A stretch of DNA of 64,000 bases from Halocafeteria seosinensis (lineage: Eukaryota), in NCBI GenBank assembly GCA_001687465.1, contig LVLI01000281.1, positions 1 through 64,000 of the forward strand, given 5' to 3'. The translations under genes were made by a program, and so were the position numbers. Shown here piece after piece: positions 22,739 through 34,783 of the stretch. The notes under the pieces are model-generated. The model was given only the letters and a program-made list of their open reading frames with translations. It made no database searches and had not been told where the DNA came from. The first letter of the stretch is position 1; the number at the start of each line of letters is the position of its first letter.

Positions 22739-25645
22739 ATGCTGCGCCGGAGTGCCTCTTCCCACAACGTCCTTCGGTCATGCTCCTCTGTGTTCGCTCC
22801 CCACCTGGGGTTGCGGAATCCGCGAGCCTCTCCCTCTGTCCCCTTGGTCACTCAGCCAATTCGGCAGCCTCGCTCGTTTATCGCTCCTTACAGCTCATCC
22901 ACATCGTCTTCGGCCTCCTCCTCCGGCGTGAAGGAAGGGTTGAAGCCTCCGACAGATCAGAGGATGTTTGAGCGCATTCTGGTGGCTAATCGGGGTGAAA
23001 TTGCATGCCGTATAATCCGGACAGCTTCCAGATTAGGTGTTCGGACAGTGGCTGTATACAGTGATGCTGACGTCAACGCTCAACATGTACAGCTTGTAAG
23101 TGCTTCAGGACGCCCCTATGCCTCGTTCTGCCTTGTTGGGAATTTGGTGGAGGTTGACTTCTTAACACCCTCTGAGGACTGCAGGCCGACGAAGCGTACA
23201 ACATTGGGCCAGCTACAGCTGCTGACAGCTACCTTAGAATGGACCGTATCCTGGACGTGGCTCGGCGAACTGGCGCCCAGGTAAGTTGTGAGAAGGAGAA
23301 ATGCTTGGCTTGCACATACACTTCCTCCATTTGACGGTTGGCAACAGGCTATACATCCTGGATACGGCTTCTTGTCCGAGAATTCCGGATTTGCTCGAGC
23401 GTGCCAAGAGCAAAACATTACGTTCATTGGCCCGCCAGCTCAGGCAATAGAGGATATGGGCTCGAAGAGGTACGAAGATTTTGTTGGCGATCTACCCACT
23501 GCTGAGAACTCTATATACACACAATGCATTGCAGTGCGTCCAAGGACATCATGATCAAAGCCGGAGTGCCTGTAACACCCGGCTACCATGGAGCAGAGCA
23601 GAGTTTGGAGAAGTTAACCGAGGAAGCAAAAAACCTCGGGTTTCCGTTAATGATTAAAGCTGTTTTAGGCGGTGGTGGCAAGGGCATGCGTATTTGCTGG
23701 AACGCCGAGGAGTTTGAAGAGAAGTTGGATGCATGCAAACGGGAAGCTCAAGCAAGTTTCAGCGATCAGCGCGTGCTTCTTGAGCGATATTTGACGACTC
23801 CACGCCATGTAGAGCTGCAAGTCTTTATGGATACTCAAGGATCAGGAGTATACTTGTTCGAGCGAGACTGCTCTGTGCAGAGACGGCATCAAAAAGTTCT
23901 TGAGGAAGCACCGGCGGTAGGTTTTGCTTTGTGTGGTCCGTTAAGTCCTGCCTTTCTGCACACAGCATGGAATCTGCAAACTGTCTCTGCAGCCGAACAT
24001 GACTCCAGAATTGCGAAAGAAAATGGGAGAGGCAGCGGTTGCAGCTGCGGAAGCCGTTGGCTACGTTGGCGCCGGTACAGTTGAATTTATGCTGGACGAA
24101 AATAAAGAGAATATTAACGACAGTGAATTCTTTTTCATGGAGATGAATACACGTCTGCAAGTGGAACACCCTGTCACGGAAATGGTGACGGGACAGGACC
24201 TTGTTGAATGGCAACTTCGCGTTGCTTCAGGAGAACCCTTACCATTTACACAGGATCAATTACAACTTTCGGGGCACGCTATTGAGGCTCGTGTTTATGC
24301 TGAGAATCCCTCAAAGTAAGGGCGATTGGTATGCTCATGATTTCTGCAATTGCTGTTTTGTAATCACGGGAACTTGATACGCCTTGCAGTAATTTTCTAC
24401 CCTCTACCGGCACATTGCGGCATTTATCCCCTCCCGAGGAAACCAACGGAATTCGTGTGGACACGGGTGTAGTAGCCGGCGATGAAGTCAGTATTTTCTA
24501 CGACCCCATGATTTCCAAATTGATAGCACATGGTGAAGATCGTCCCACTGCGTTGCGGCGACTCCAAGAAGCACTGAAAGAATATGAAGTGGTCGGGCTC
24601 TCTAATAACATTGAATTCTTGAGGAAGTGTGCTTCTCATCCTGATTTTGTACAGGGAGGAGTAACAACTAATTTCTTAAACGTAAGCCGCGAACGTACTA
24701 TGCAGTTGAAGTGCTTGGACTCTTCACTTGTGTTCCTGCATGCAGACAAAGCTAGAAGAAGTGCTCCCGGAAAAAATTCCTGTACCTCCTCGAGCAGCCG
24801 CAGTCGCCGCCTTTTGTAGGTTTTTACGAAATCAATTTGATTCGCTGGCAGCGGCCGACAATACAAAAGACCCATTTAGCCCCTGGGCAATGGGAGACGG
24901 TAGTCGGCCCAATGGTACGATGCGATTCCCCACCGTTTTCCATGACAATAACGTCGCTGTGGAAGAGAAAGAAGCTGAAGGCAAGAAGTTACCCAAAGGA
25001 GGGGCACGTGGTAACTGCCACGTCGAAATACTTCCACAAGACAGTCGCTCCGGCGATACCAGTTTCCTTGGACATGGAGCCGCGGGAGTACATTACAAAG
25101 TACGTGTTAGCACGGGACTGAAAAGAGCGGCAGAGTTAGGCGATGAACATGAGGGCACGATGTCTGAGTTCGATATCTGCGGTCAGGTTGGACAGGAGCC
25201 GAACCAGTACCGCGTTACGATCAATGATCAGACTCTGGATGCCAAACTTGTCGAAACGGAGAATGAGATTGCTTTGTACACCGGGGGCATTAGCCTAGGA
25301 GATGTTCCTGAAGGAGCAGATGCGGCAACATTTCGCAGCGATGACTCGTGCAAATACTTCCTAAGTACCCCCACAGTGGACTTTCTAAGCGAGACAATGG
25401 CTTCATCGGCTCCCCAAGTTACGACACCCATGCCTGGTAAAGTTATCAAAGTCCTTGTGAATGAAGGTGATCTTGTGGAGGAGGGACAGGCAGTTATAAT
25501 TCTCGAAGCGATGAAAATGGAGCACGTCATCAAGTCTCCAATCAATGGTAAAGTTGCCAACATTAGGTTTTCAGAAACTCAGCAAGTCGCCGACGGTGAA
25601 GTGTTGGCTATCTTTGAAAACGTAACTGAAGAGGAAACGAAGTGA
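22739..25645 (+). CDS. MCCC1: Methylcrotonoyl-CoA carboxylase alpha subunit (biotin carboxylase + biotin carrier), mitochondrial; multi-exon
   Basis: Presequence-like N-terminus; [78 protein letters not shown] and the EAMKM biotinylation motif. Propionyl-CoA carboxylase alpha is a less likely alternative. Confidence 0.85.
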
Positions 25646-25724
25646 ATTGGGTTTCATTCTCGTGTGTATTCACTGTTGCTCTGCGGCGTGCTGTCAGTGG
25701 GTGTAGGCACACAAATATACTGCT

Positions 25725-28700
25725 TCAAAGCGTTGACGATAGTTTGTGCCTTATGCGGTCTAGTTGCTTTTTGAAGTCGTTAGTTACACTGTTATAGCCG
25801 TTTGTATACTGTTCTCCCAATTTCCTGGAAGAAATGACATGTGGTGGAGTCTTAGCCTCATGCATCGCATCCTCTTCTTCAATGAGTTTCTTATCTAGAG
25901 CCGATAATTCTCGCGTGTGGTCGTGCGGCTCTCTTCTCCGTGACGACGTCACACCAATCATTGTGGGATGCTTATGCCCTCTTGAGCTAGCGCGTAGTTC
26001 AACCCTCCCCGAACTGGGTGCTTTCGATGTCCTCCTGTTATTAGAAGCAGTTGACAAATTTTGTTCGCCATTTTCTCCAAAATTATTCATGACGGATCTC
26101 TCACCATATAGTTGCGACATCCACTCTTCAGTTGATACAGTCTTGGGCCGTTGTGACCAGTGCTCAGCAAACATTGGATTGCCTTGCTTCTTGTCAGATC
26201 GAGAGCGGCTTCTACGACTAGCAGATCGACGGGTATGTCGACTTCTGTTCCGGCTCCTGCTATTGTGGTGACGCGAGCGATGACGACTGGCACCATTTGA
26301 TCGACCACGACCTGGTTCCTGCATTCCATTGGATACACCATTCGGAGGACTCCACGGGGATGTGCTCTTGATGATAAATCTCCCCTCTTTGGAATGACCA
26401 TGAAACGCCGGATTTACAACTTTTGCAGCGCGCACCGTTTGCCCTGAGGAGGTACCGTAGGAAGATCTACCAGGCATTGCAGCCCGCTTTGCCTCTTTTG
26501 AAGCAGCGAGTGCCGCTTTCATGTATTTCTTAGAGTTGCTTTGGGATTGAGGACTGACGTGAACTCTATGCTGCCAGGTCAGTTCATCCAACCGCTCTAC
26601 TGGGTTGTAGGTGTTGCTCGGAGCACGTCGATCTATATGACTAAGTCCGGATTCCAGAAGCGAAACTCGGGTGCTTGGAGACTTCCGGCGATGCGGAGAA
26701 GAGTCGCCAACAACAGCAGCTTGTGGATCCGCAGTTGGAACATAGTGTGCCACCTCCCTTCTTCTATCATTGCCTGTGGAGCGCGGCTTCTGGATGGAAC
26801 TTCTCTGCTGACGACCGAGAAAGTCTTTGAGGAAGTTCCGCAACTGGACAGCTCTCTCTTGCTTGTTAGGAGAAGTAGTGGATTTATCCTGGGACGGAGG
26901 AGTTATCGGCTCCGCGGCACCTGTGTCAACCACTGTAGTGGATTTTGTGTACGTCACCCCTGCAGAACGACGGGGGAAGTCCATATCGGCAAGGATACTT
27001 TCACGAAGTATTGTATTCATTGGCGGGTCGTATTCGATCACCCTCTTTGTTTCTGATGAAGCTGTGGTCGCACTGGAAACAACAGGTCCCTGTCCCGCGC
27101 TGGACCCACTACTGCCCACTTTTGACGCACTCACTGAATCAGCGCTACTTTTAGTTGGCGGCTCACTCTGAGAAACCGGGGGTTCGCTGATATGTTTACC
27201 AGATCTCTCTGGAGCTCCGTCACTAACATCATGGCTGCTGCTAGTGACTGCGCTAGGGGCGGAGCTTTCGGAAGCTTGACCGGTATATACGACGGCTTTC
27301 TTTCTCCCACTGGTAGAGTCGTCCAGTAAATTTGGGTTGCTCTCTGCAGAAGTATTTTTAAATGACCCGGCAGCCTTCTCAGCGGCGTTGATGGGTTCAG
27401 CATGTGACGTGTGTTCAGCAGCTGGTGAAGTGGACACAGATGATGAAGATTCCGTGGAAGGTGCAGCTATCATCAGGGGAATGGCAGATGAGCTCGTTGT
27501 ATCTCCACTGTGAGATGTTACGGTAGGCAACGCCGTTAAAGAACGATAAGAGGAACTCGACGTTTGGGAGGCAGTCAAACTACTACCTAAAACGTTAAAG
27601 GAAGGAATTCCTTGCTTAGTTGAATCCGGCGCTTGAGACACCGACCGCCCTGTCAACGTCTGCAACAACTCCCGAGACTCCGTGCCAAGGGCTTCCGTAG
27701 GGCCACTGCTCGAAGTATCCGTTATCGACTCTATGTGATCCGATGCTTTGGACACAGCAATATACGACTCAGTGAAGACCCCGCTCTGTGACTCACTCGT
27801 GTCTTCGGGGACCAATACAACACTACTTGAAGTTGTCGATAGACTTGTCGACACTTCAGAGAGGGCCTTAGCTTCATACCCAATAGATATTGGGGTTTCT
27901 GTCACAAGTGTCGCTGAAGTATGTGAGACGGAAGTAAACCCTTCAGTGGGTGCTTCACTTTGGGGAGCACCACTAGACAGTGACGGGGCCGACAGAATCG
28001 CCTCTGAAGACAGAGACTGTCCCGGAACAAATTCTCTTGAAGGACTGTGTTGGGTTGCAGAAAGAGCACTCGTTGATGCGTAGGTAGAGTCCTGCGATGC
28101 ATCGCCACTTCCCGAGCCTTGAGCCGTCTCATCTAGCATAGGAGACACTTGAGAGGTTATTTCGGTCCTTGGTCCACTCCACGAGGAGTGATTTGTGGAC
28201 AATGGGGATAGAGAATGAGATGTGTTTCCTGCCGCATCTTGAGGTGAGCATTCGGACAATGACCTTGCAGTGCTTGCAGAGGAGGCGGACGACTCTATCG
28301 TAGGACTCAATTCACTGCTGTATTCCTTCATTGATGACGTCGTCATGGCGCTTGTAGACGTCAAACTTGCACCTTCCCCAGGCGGAGAAGAGCCTGTCGG
28401 AATTTCAGGATCCGATGTACCAGCTGAGGGCTTCTGTTCCGGCACATGCGGCGCCGCGTCTGACGTCGACCCAGAACCAGTCTCCTCAGTTTTACTTGAC
28501 GGCCCGTCCGTTTCACGTGAGGAGGAAGCATTTGAACCCGTCGCAGCAACACGTGCAGAGGAAATCGGTTGGACATCATCGTATGTCGTCTTTTGAGTAT
28601 CCAAAATACTTTCCGATGAATGCGCATAGGAAGTGCCCGCGGATGAACCGGAAACTGCACTTGGCTCAACGCTATCCTGCTGTTTTTCTGACTCTCTTGA

Positions 28701-31088
28701 TGGTGAAACAGATTCTACAGGCTGTTTCAACGGCCCTGCAGACCCCCGAGACTTCGACTTAGGAAGTGGCGGTGGAGACTTCGGTTTCTTGGAACTCTTC
28801 TGCGTAAACTTCTTCCTAAGTTCCTCTGTACCGCTACTGCTGGTCGATGTACCGGCTTCGAGTGGCTCCGAGGCTTTGCCCGTATCCGTCAGGGTTGTGG
28901 TGTTCTTCTCCACCCCCGAGTCCGCCGGCGGAACCTCTTTTGACTCATTTTTTTCTGTTCTGGTACCCGCAGTAGGGGTCATAGGTGCAGCTACGTCCTG
29001 GGTCAAAGATTCTGCCCGGGTACCAGCCTCACGATTTTCATCGTGAGGTACCGTGGGCGGGTCGGAGACTGGCGGTGGTGGCCTAGTTTTACTTCCGCGA
29101 GGCCGTCTACCCCCCTGTTGCGCCTTGGAATGAGTGCCCCCTTCGTGTTTGCTGAGTATTCCAGGAGGTCCAGGAGGCCTGGGTGGGTCGTTATTTTGTG
29201 ACGACTTGACCGAAGTGTTCTGAGGCAGGGTTGCGGACAAATATTGGGTCAACTGTGGAGAAGTTGATACATGAGCGCTTTCCGAAGCCTTCGCGTGGAC
29301 GTTACTGCTCTCATCAATTGTAGTCGCTGACAACACTTCTCGCGATGGTGGCGTCGGAGCCGGCGGCGAACCTGAAGGCTGTGAGGAGTTCTTTGTTCCA
29401 CTTTGTGTTGCAGTATGTAAATGTTGTGCGGCTAGATCGTGCGAATTAGTGTTCTTAGGTTTGCCGGTAACCTGCTCCGAAGGAGAGGGTTCAGGGGAGA
29501 ATTCCGTTTTCTTCGATCCTCTCCGTGACCAAGCTGCTTTGTTTTCCGATCCACTAGCTGATACGGGAGCTGTAGAGGGTGGTGGTCTCGGTGGGGGTGG
29601 AGGAGATTCTTTTCCTGCTGTTTGCCTTTCTCCTGGCTCCTCAGGGGGAACATCAGCACCGCGCTCAGCAGCCGACTCAGACACAGTGCCTGTCCGGGAA
29701 GAACGGGGCCTCGTGTCTTCGGAAGAAAGCTTGTTTGAAGTCTTCGGGGGCGATGATGAGCTGTTAGAGGAGCCAGGGGTACTTTGGGTCTTACCTGGAG
29801 GTGCAGGTGGCTTCGGAACCTTGACTGAAGCTTTTGCGGGAGGCCTACTTGGCGGGCTCCCAGATGGAGGAGTGGGGCTTCCCTTGGCTGACGTTGGTGG
29901 TGGGCTCGGATTGGACATGAGACTTTGAGATGCGTTGGTGCTTCCGTTATCAGCGACACCTCCAGTAGTTTGTGATGGTTTCGTGGATTGAGCCGCGTTC
30001 GAGGACTGAGACTGGTTCGCCTCTAACTCCAAAGACGGCGGGGCTTTTCCAACCGGCAGCTCATCGCTGGGCGGTTGTTGTGCCTTGCTTACTTGTTCTG
30101 TTGATGCCTTAGGTGACAAGTCGTGACGAGGCGGAGGGCCGGGTCGACGAGTTTGCTGTGACGACGTTGGAGGAGGCTTCGGCGGTGACGATTGGTTCGA
30201 CGAAGATGTTGGTGGAGTTTTGGATTGACCTAATGACGATGGTGGTGGTCTCGGGGGTGGCGGTTTTTGCCCTGATGACGATGACTTCAAGTCGTGTGGT
30301 GGTGCTGCTGTTGGCCCTGACGATGAAGACGTCGGTGTTTGCGGCGATTGAGTTTCATCTTCAGATATTGAAGTGGGCTTGGATGTGCGGCTTGATGCCG
30401 ATGGAGGTGGTCTCGGTGGCGGTGGTGTTGTGCCTGATACAGAAGACGGAGGCTTTTGCGGTGGTGGTGTCGGGACCTTTGACGGCATTTTTCGGGGCGG
30501 TGGTGTCGCATTTGACGACGATGACGAAGGCTTTTGCGGAGGTGGTGTTGGGAGCTTTGACGGCATTTTTCGGGGCGGTGGTGTTGTGCCTGAGGAAGAC
30601 GATGATGGAGGCTGTTGTGGTGGGGGTGTTGGGCGTGATGAAGAAGATGGAGGCTTCGGCGGGGGTGGCGTTGCATTTGACGACGATGATGGTGGCCTAT
30701 CTGTCCTTGATGAAGAGGAAGGAGGCCTTTGCGGCGGTGGTGGTGCCACCTTGTTAGACGATGCCGAGGGGTTTTGTGGTGGTGGTGTTGGGCCTGATGA
30801 AGAAGACGGCTTCTGTGGTGGTGGTGGTGTTGCACTTGATGACGATGGCTTTTGGGGAGGCTTTGGAGTTGCTGATGACGCTGAAGATTTTTGTTGCTGT
30901 GGTGTTGGTCCCGGCGAAGAAGATTTTGGCGGTGGTGGAACTTTTGGAGGCACCTTCCCAGGGGGAGGTGATGATCTTCGTGGTGGAGGAGGAGCTTTTT
31001 TAGGGACTTCCGAGGTCGATTGAGCAGGGGAACTTTTCTGATTTTTCTCCGTCGCTCCACCTGTTGATTGCTGTGCCGATTGCTCCAT
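25725..31088 (-). CDS. Very long Pro/Ser/Thr-rich low-complexity, probably disordered protein (about 1790 aa)
   Basis: Uninterrupted 5.4-kb ORF, first ATG at 31088 (MEQSAQQ...). N-terminal PPP-x-K/R-P-SSSS repeats, Ser/Thr-rich middle, basic RS-like patch and short C-terminal helix. Confidence 0.75.
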   Translation of the reverse strand: MEQSAQQSTGGATEKNQKSSPAQSTSEVPKKAPPPPRRSSPPPGKVPPKVPPPPKSSSPGPTPQQQKSSASSATPKPPQKPSSSSATPPPPQKPSSSSGPTPPPQNPSASSNKVAPPPPQRPPSSSSRTDRPPSSSSNATPPPPKPPSSSSRPTPPPQQPPSSSSSGTTPPPRKMPSKLPTPPPQKPSSSSSNATPPPRKMPSKVPTPPPQKPPSSVSGTTPPPPRPPPSASSRTSKPTSISEDETQSPQTPTSSSSGPTAAPPHDLKSSSSGQKPPPPRPPPSSLGQSKTPPTSSSNQSSPPKPPPTSSQQTRRPGPPPRHDLSPKASTEQVSKAQQPPSDELPVGKAPPSLELEANQSQSSNAAQSTKPSQTTGGVADNGSTNASQSLMSNPSPPPTSAKGSPTPPSGSPPSRPPAKASVKVPKPPAPPGKTQSTPGSSNSSSSPPKTSNKLSSEDTRPRSSRTGTVSESAAERGADVPPEEPGERQTAGKESPPPPPRPPPSTAPVSASGSENKAAWSRRGSKKTEFSPEPSPSEQVTGKPKNTNSHDLAAQHLHTATQSGTKNSSQPSGSPPAPTPPSREVLSATTIDESSNVHAKASESAHVSTSPQLTQYLSATLPQNTSVKSSQNNDPPRPPGPPGILSKHEGGTHSKAQQGGRRPRGSKTRPPPPVSDPPTVPHDENREAGTRAESLTQDVAAPMTPTAGTRTEKNESKEVPPADSGVEKNTTTLTDTGKASEPLEAGTSTSSSGTEELRKKFTQKSSKKPKSPPPLPKSKSRGSAGPLKQPVESVSPSRESEKQQDSVEPSAVSGSSAGTSYAHSSESILDTQKTTYDDVQPISSARVAATGSNASSSRETDGPSSKTEETGSGSTSDAAPHVPEQKPSAGTSDPEIPTGSSPPGEGASLTSTSAMTTSSMKEYSSELSPTIESSASSASTARSLSECSPQDAAGNTSHSLSPLSTNHSSWSGPRTEITSQVSPMLDETAQGSGSGDASQDSTYASTSALSATQHSPSREFVPGQSLSSEAILSAPSLSSGAPQSEAPTEGFTSVSHTSATLVTETPISIGYEAKALSEVSTSLSTTSSSVVLVPEDTSESQSGVFTESYIAVSKASDHIESITDTSSSGPTEALGTESRELLQTLTGRSVSQAPDSTKQGIPSFNVLGSSLTASQTSSSSYRSLTALPTVTSHSGDTTSSSAIPLMIAAPSTESSSSVSTSPAAEHTSHAEPINAAEKAAGSFKNTSAESNPNLLDDSTSGRKKAVVYTGQASESSAPSAVTSSSHDVSDGAPERSGKHISEPPVSQSEPPTKSSADSVSASKVGSSGSSAGQGPVVSSATTASSETKRVIEYDPPMNTILRESILADMDFPRRSAGVTYTKSTTVVDTGAAEPITPPSQDKSTTSPNKQERAVQLRNFLKDFLGRQQRSSIQKPRSTGNDRRREVAHYVPTADPQAAVVGDSSPHRRKSPSTRVSLLESGLSHIDRRAPSNTYNPVERLDELTWQHRVHVSPQSQSNSKKYMKAALAASKEAKRAAMPGRSSYGTSSGQTVRAAKVVNPAFHGHSKEGRFIIKSTSPWSPPNGVSNGMQEPGRGRSNGASRHRSRHHNSRSRNRSRHTRRSASRRSRSRSDKKQGNPMFAEHWSQRPKTVSTEEWMSQLYGERSVMNNFGENGEQNLSTASNNRRTSKAPSSGRVELRASSRGHKHPTMIGVTSSRRREPHDHTRELSALDKKLIEEEDAMHEAKTPPHVISSRKLGEQYTNGYNSVTNDFKKQLDRIRHKLSSTL

Positions 31089-31487
31089 TCTGTGTATGTG
31101 CCTCACACAAGTCGACAATCCATTCGATAACTTGCTGCTCTTCACTCAATTCCAACTTCCCATAATACTACGCACGGTAACCTCTTGATACGGTAGCCCC
31201 TATGCAAGATCGTATTTTCGCTTCTGCTCAACCAATCAAGAAGTCCTGTGGGGGCCTAATTAGCTTTATATCGTCCTCAGACGGGTTGCGAGGTCTAACA
31301 GACACTAGGATCCGCCTTGAAGTTGGTGAAGATTTGTTTTTATACACAAGCGTGTGAAGGACCAGGACGAACAAGACGCAAATATGTGCGACATACATAG
31401 GTTTGCCCACATTTGCGCAGTGACAATCCTCCAGTTACGGGGTGTGGTAAAACATATCCTGTGAACAGTAACAACAAAAGAAACCCC

Positions 31488-31495
31488 AAAAAAAA
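31488..31495 (-). terminator. RNA polymerase III oligo(dT) terminator of tRNA-Pro
   Basis: Run of 8 T on the minus strand immediately 3' of the tRNA. Confidence 0.85.
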
Positions 31496-31567
31496 GGGCT
31501 CCTCCGGGAATCGAACCCGGGACCACTCGCACCCAAAGCGAGTATCATACCACTAGACCAAGGAGCC
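31496..31567 (-). tRNA. trnP-UGG: tRNA-Pro (anticodon UGG)
   Basis: Reverse complement GGCTCCTTGGTCTAGTGGTATGATACTCGCTTTGGGTGCGAGTGGTCCCGGGTTCGATTCCCGGAGGAGCCC folds to a cloverleaf with anticodon arm CTCGC-TTTGGGT-GCGAG and GTTCGA T-loop. Confidence 0.97.
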
Positions 31568-31753
31568 AAACGCACGCATGCATTGCTCCGTTACGAAAGT
31601 GGCTCTGAATATTTAAGGTGCACAGCAAACAAGAGAGTTACGAGAAGTATCACATTCCCCGTCTGTTACATTGATTCACCCGTATGAAGTAGTTAAGCAC
31701 AGAAACAATACTGCGAGAGTCAATGCATGACCCCAATACCGTGGAAAACCGCT

Positions 31754-33304
31754 TCACTGGCTAACCGCATCGACTACAATGGGAGCTAAGGCCTTCCTCG
31801 ATGCTTTCGTATTGTGTTGCTCCCAAACTCTGAGTCGTTTATCTTGTGTAGTAACGCTCGCGTGGGGAACCAACTGTAACGTTTCAGATTTTTCCAGGGA
31901 ATTCTTGGCCGCTTCAAAGAACTGGGTAGGACCATTAAAGGAAGGCTCGAAAAGCAGAACTTGTCGCTTCATTTTCGGTTCAAACACAGCTGACATGACT
32001 AGTACTAGAGTTAGGTCGCGTTCTGCAGCAAATTCTTCCATGCTCCGAATTGTTTGTGGGGAGACTGAGCCATCTTCTGTGCTCACATCCAAAAGCTGTT
32101 CAATCGGTTTTAATATCGACGATATACCTACGGCCACCGAGCCACTCGCTCCGGCATGAAAGCGTTTAAAATCATATTGCAAGCACTGCCTAGGAGTAAG
32201 ACTAGCCCAAAATTTAGGATCGCTTTTTTGGCGGAGCAGCTCCGAGAAAACGGCACTGCAAACAGGATAATGCTGCTGCAATTGACCGAGGCTTCTTCAA
32301 ATATTGAAGTACTTACTTAGGTTCGAAACCTGGATAGGGAGCTATCGCTTTCTTCAGTTTTTCAATAACTTCTTTATCCTTTGCGGTGGTTTTCCCCGCT
32401 GATTCAGAGCAATTCACGGTATCGAGTAGTATTGTGCCCATCAGAATCTTAGTCAATGCGGGCTCTTGCTCCAAGACAAATGGTACTCGTTTAGAAGCCG
32501 CTTCTGCGACCAGGGTGCACGTGGAGCCAACACCTTTTCCCAGTGATTCATTAAAACTGATACTTCGTGCTGATCCTGTGACATGGTCCACTTTTCTATC
32601 GTCCCGATGATGATCAACAATCTCTTCAGTGGCACTTTCCCACCATGAATTCGCGAACGGCCCCTCCGGTGCATTATGGTCAACGAGCGCTAACGCAGCC
32701 TGTGGGTACTGGACCTTCTCCGTACTGTCTAAGCAAAAGCTAGACTCCCACATCTTGAAATCGACGTCATCAAGGAAGGTTAAGAGACTGGTGTCCACGC
32801 CAGCGAGTTCAAGCAGGTAGGTAGCTTCGCGTCGTAGAACAAAGTCTTCTCGCTCACAAGAAATAATAGGCGCATAGATATGGGGAAAGCTTTGCGCAGC
32901 ATCCTCAACATCGCTCTCAATAAACGAATTCGTATCACCTTCATGTATCATTTCAATTTGTTTCACGTATGCATAGCTAATGGCAGATATAATGGAATCT
33001 GCATCACAGGCCTGCACCGCATCTGATATTTTGGAGAATATGGAGGACAGCTTACTGATGAGCAACTTACTTGATTGCCTACTACCAAATGACATGTTTG
33101 ATGGGATCCTATGGGTTTCTGTTTCTCCTCAGAAGCCCGTCGTTGCAACTTCCCAAAGCGCCCGTATCTGGCAGCACTTAGCTCCAGTACCCTGTTCAAT
33201 GGCCATTTGGTGCACACATCTACACCTACCGAGCTGCATGTGGACATTCTTTTGGCACCAAATTTCCAAAACGGTGGCTGCGAAATCAGCGCTAATCGAT
33301 TCAT
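31754..33304 (-). CDS. PPX1: Exopolyphosphatase PRUNE/PPX1 (DHH + DHHA2 family); start codon uncertain
   Basis: Spliced HLVVGNQ|ACDADSIISA (motif I), LVDHN, IVDHH, GSTCTLV, ILLDTVN, YDFKRF and C-terminal QHNTKASRKALAP. Confidence 0.85.
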
Positions 33305-33572
33305 ACACCCCCAACACTCATAAAACCCTGCTGACAGAACAAGCAGCAAATACACCGCATTTACTCGAGGTCTTCGCATGCATTCATTCAGGTACACCGC
33401 CGAAATATGACACTCTATCTTGGGAGAGTATTCACGGTTTCACGGGTTGATTACATTACAATTCGTGGCGACAACATCCATCTGGTTCCATCTTCACAGA
33501 TACGCCTGAGAACTTCAGCAACATTGTAACACACTGCAATGATGTTCATGCCTGTGTATTTTTTTGGCTTTG

Positions 33573-34783
33573 TTATTTTTTCCCCTTTTTCTTTTTCGTT
33601 CCTTTCGAATCTGGTTTTTCTTCCTCCGGAACCACACCAGCCACTTTCTTTTCTACGGAAGATAGGTCAGGGTGTCGTATAAGCAACACGGACATTTCCT
33701 CTTCGTCAGAGTCATTTTGTACCAACTCAACGAGTTCGTACAACTCGTATGGCTTCGTGACATCGGACAATTTTTTGTCTTCTTCCATAAGACCCGGCAA
33801 ACCAACTAAGTTTCCCGTAGGATCCTTTAAGTCGAGTTTTGGTTGGATATATTTCTCTTCTGTGGTCTGTTCAGGTTGGGTCGGCTTGCGTGATCTACTA
33901 GCCGTCCTCGGAGGGAATTGCTCATTTAAAGCATTCCCAATCTTTTGAAATCGCTTCACTTGACTTCTAAAGTTCTCAAATTGTTTCTCGAATTCTTCCA
34001 AAGTGTCTGAGATTTCCAAAAGCAATTACAACATGAGCCTAGACTTCCCTGAAAGCATAAGGAACCCACCTTTCTTAACCTGAAGCTTTTCTTTAATTTG
34101 ATCTTCTTTAGAAGGACCACTATTTTCGTTGTCTCCGACCTCCTCTTTTCCTTCCTCTTGCTGTTCCTCCTTGGCACTACCTGTACTCTCTTACGCAAGC
34201 CCGGCTTCTCAACCCTACCAAGAGCCGACTGCTTTTATTGGGGGAGTCTCTTACCATTTTCATTTTCTGCTTGCTCTCTCGGGGTGGCCCCTTGGCTTTT
34301 CTTCTCTTTTTGTAACTGGGCGAGTTGGTGCTCCAAATCTCGGATGGCAAACTTTACCGAGTTATAGTCTGCCTGTAAGTACTGATCGATATCGATGAAG
34401 CTATCCTGCGAAAGCACGAACAAACCCGCACAGCTCATAATCAACATGCTGATGGATGACAGAGGATGCTATGCAGATTACCTTCGAATTTGTCCACATT
34501 GTATCTCGGATATAATGGACCACAGCCTTGACGCTCGCATTTTGGGAAACAGGGAAGCCGGTGCGCTTCGGAGCTGCTTGTTCCGTAGCCGCCTGCTGTT
34601 GCCCTTCTCTGGCAGACTCCTGTTTTTGCCCACTACCCGATGAAGAAGCGGATTCTGGCCTCGCTGATGAAGGTTCCTCAAAGTCGGCGGCTGTGTAAAA
34701 CACCATGGACGCGCCTGTGAAGCATCAATTCGTTTATTACTCTCATGGCACCTACCAAGACCACATTTAACGAAGATTATCAT
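33573..34783 (-). CDS. CXorf65/C22orf15-like protein with coiled-coil insertion (tentative); multi-exon
   Basis: Exon 1 MIIFVKCGL|G splices in frame to ASMVFYT...; SQNASVKAVVHYIRD and KLDLKDPTGNLVGL...YELVEL resemble the conserved blocks of that family as recalled; Lys-rich C-terminus. Confidence 0.5.

Noticed and set aside
22739..25645. MCC alpha as part of a terpenoid cluster (leucine to HMG-CoA route)
   Set aside because: It lies about 28 kb away with many unrelated housekeeping genes in between.
30113..31060. Long Gly/Val-rich and His-rich ORFs in alternative frames
   Set aside because: Shadow frames of the Pro/Ser repeat region.
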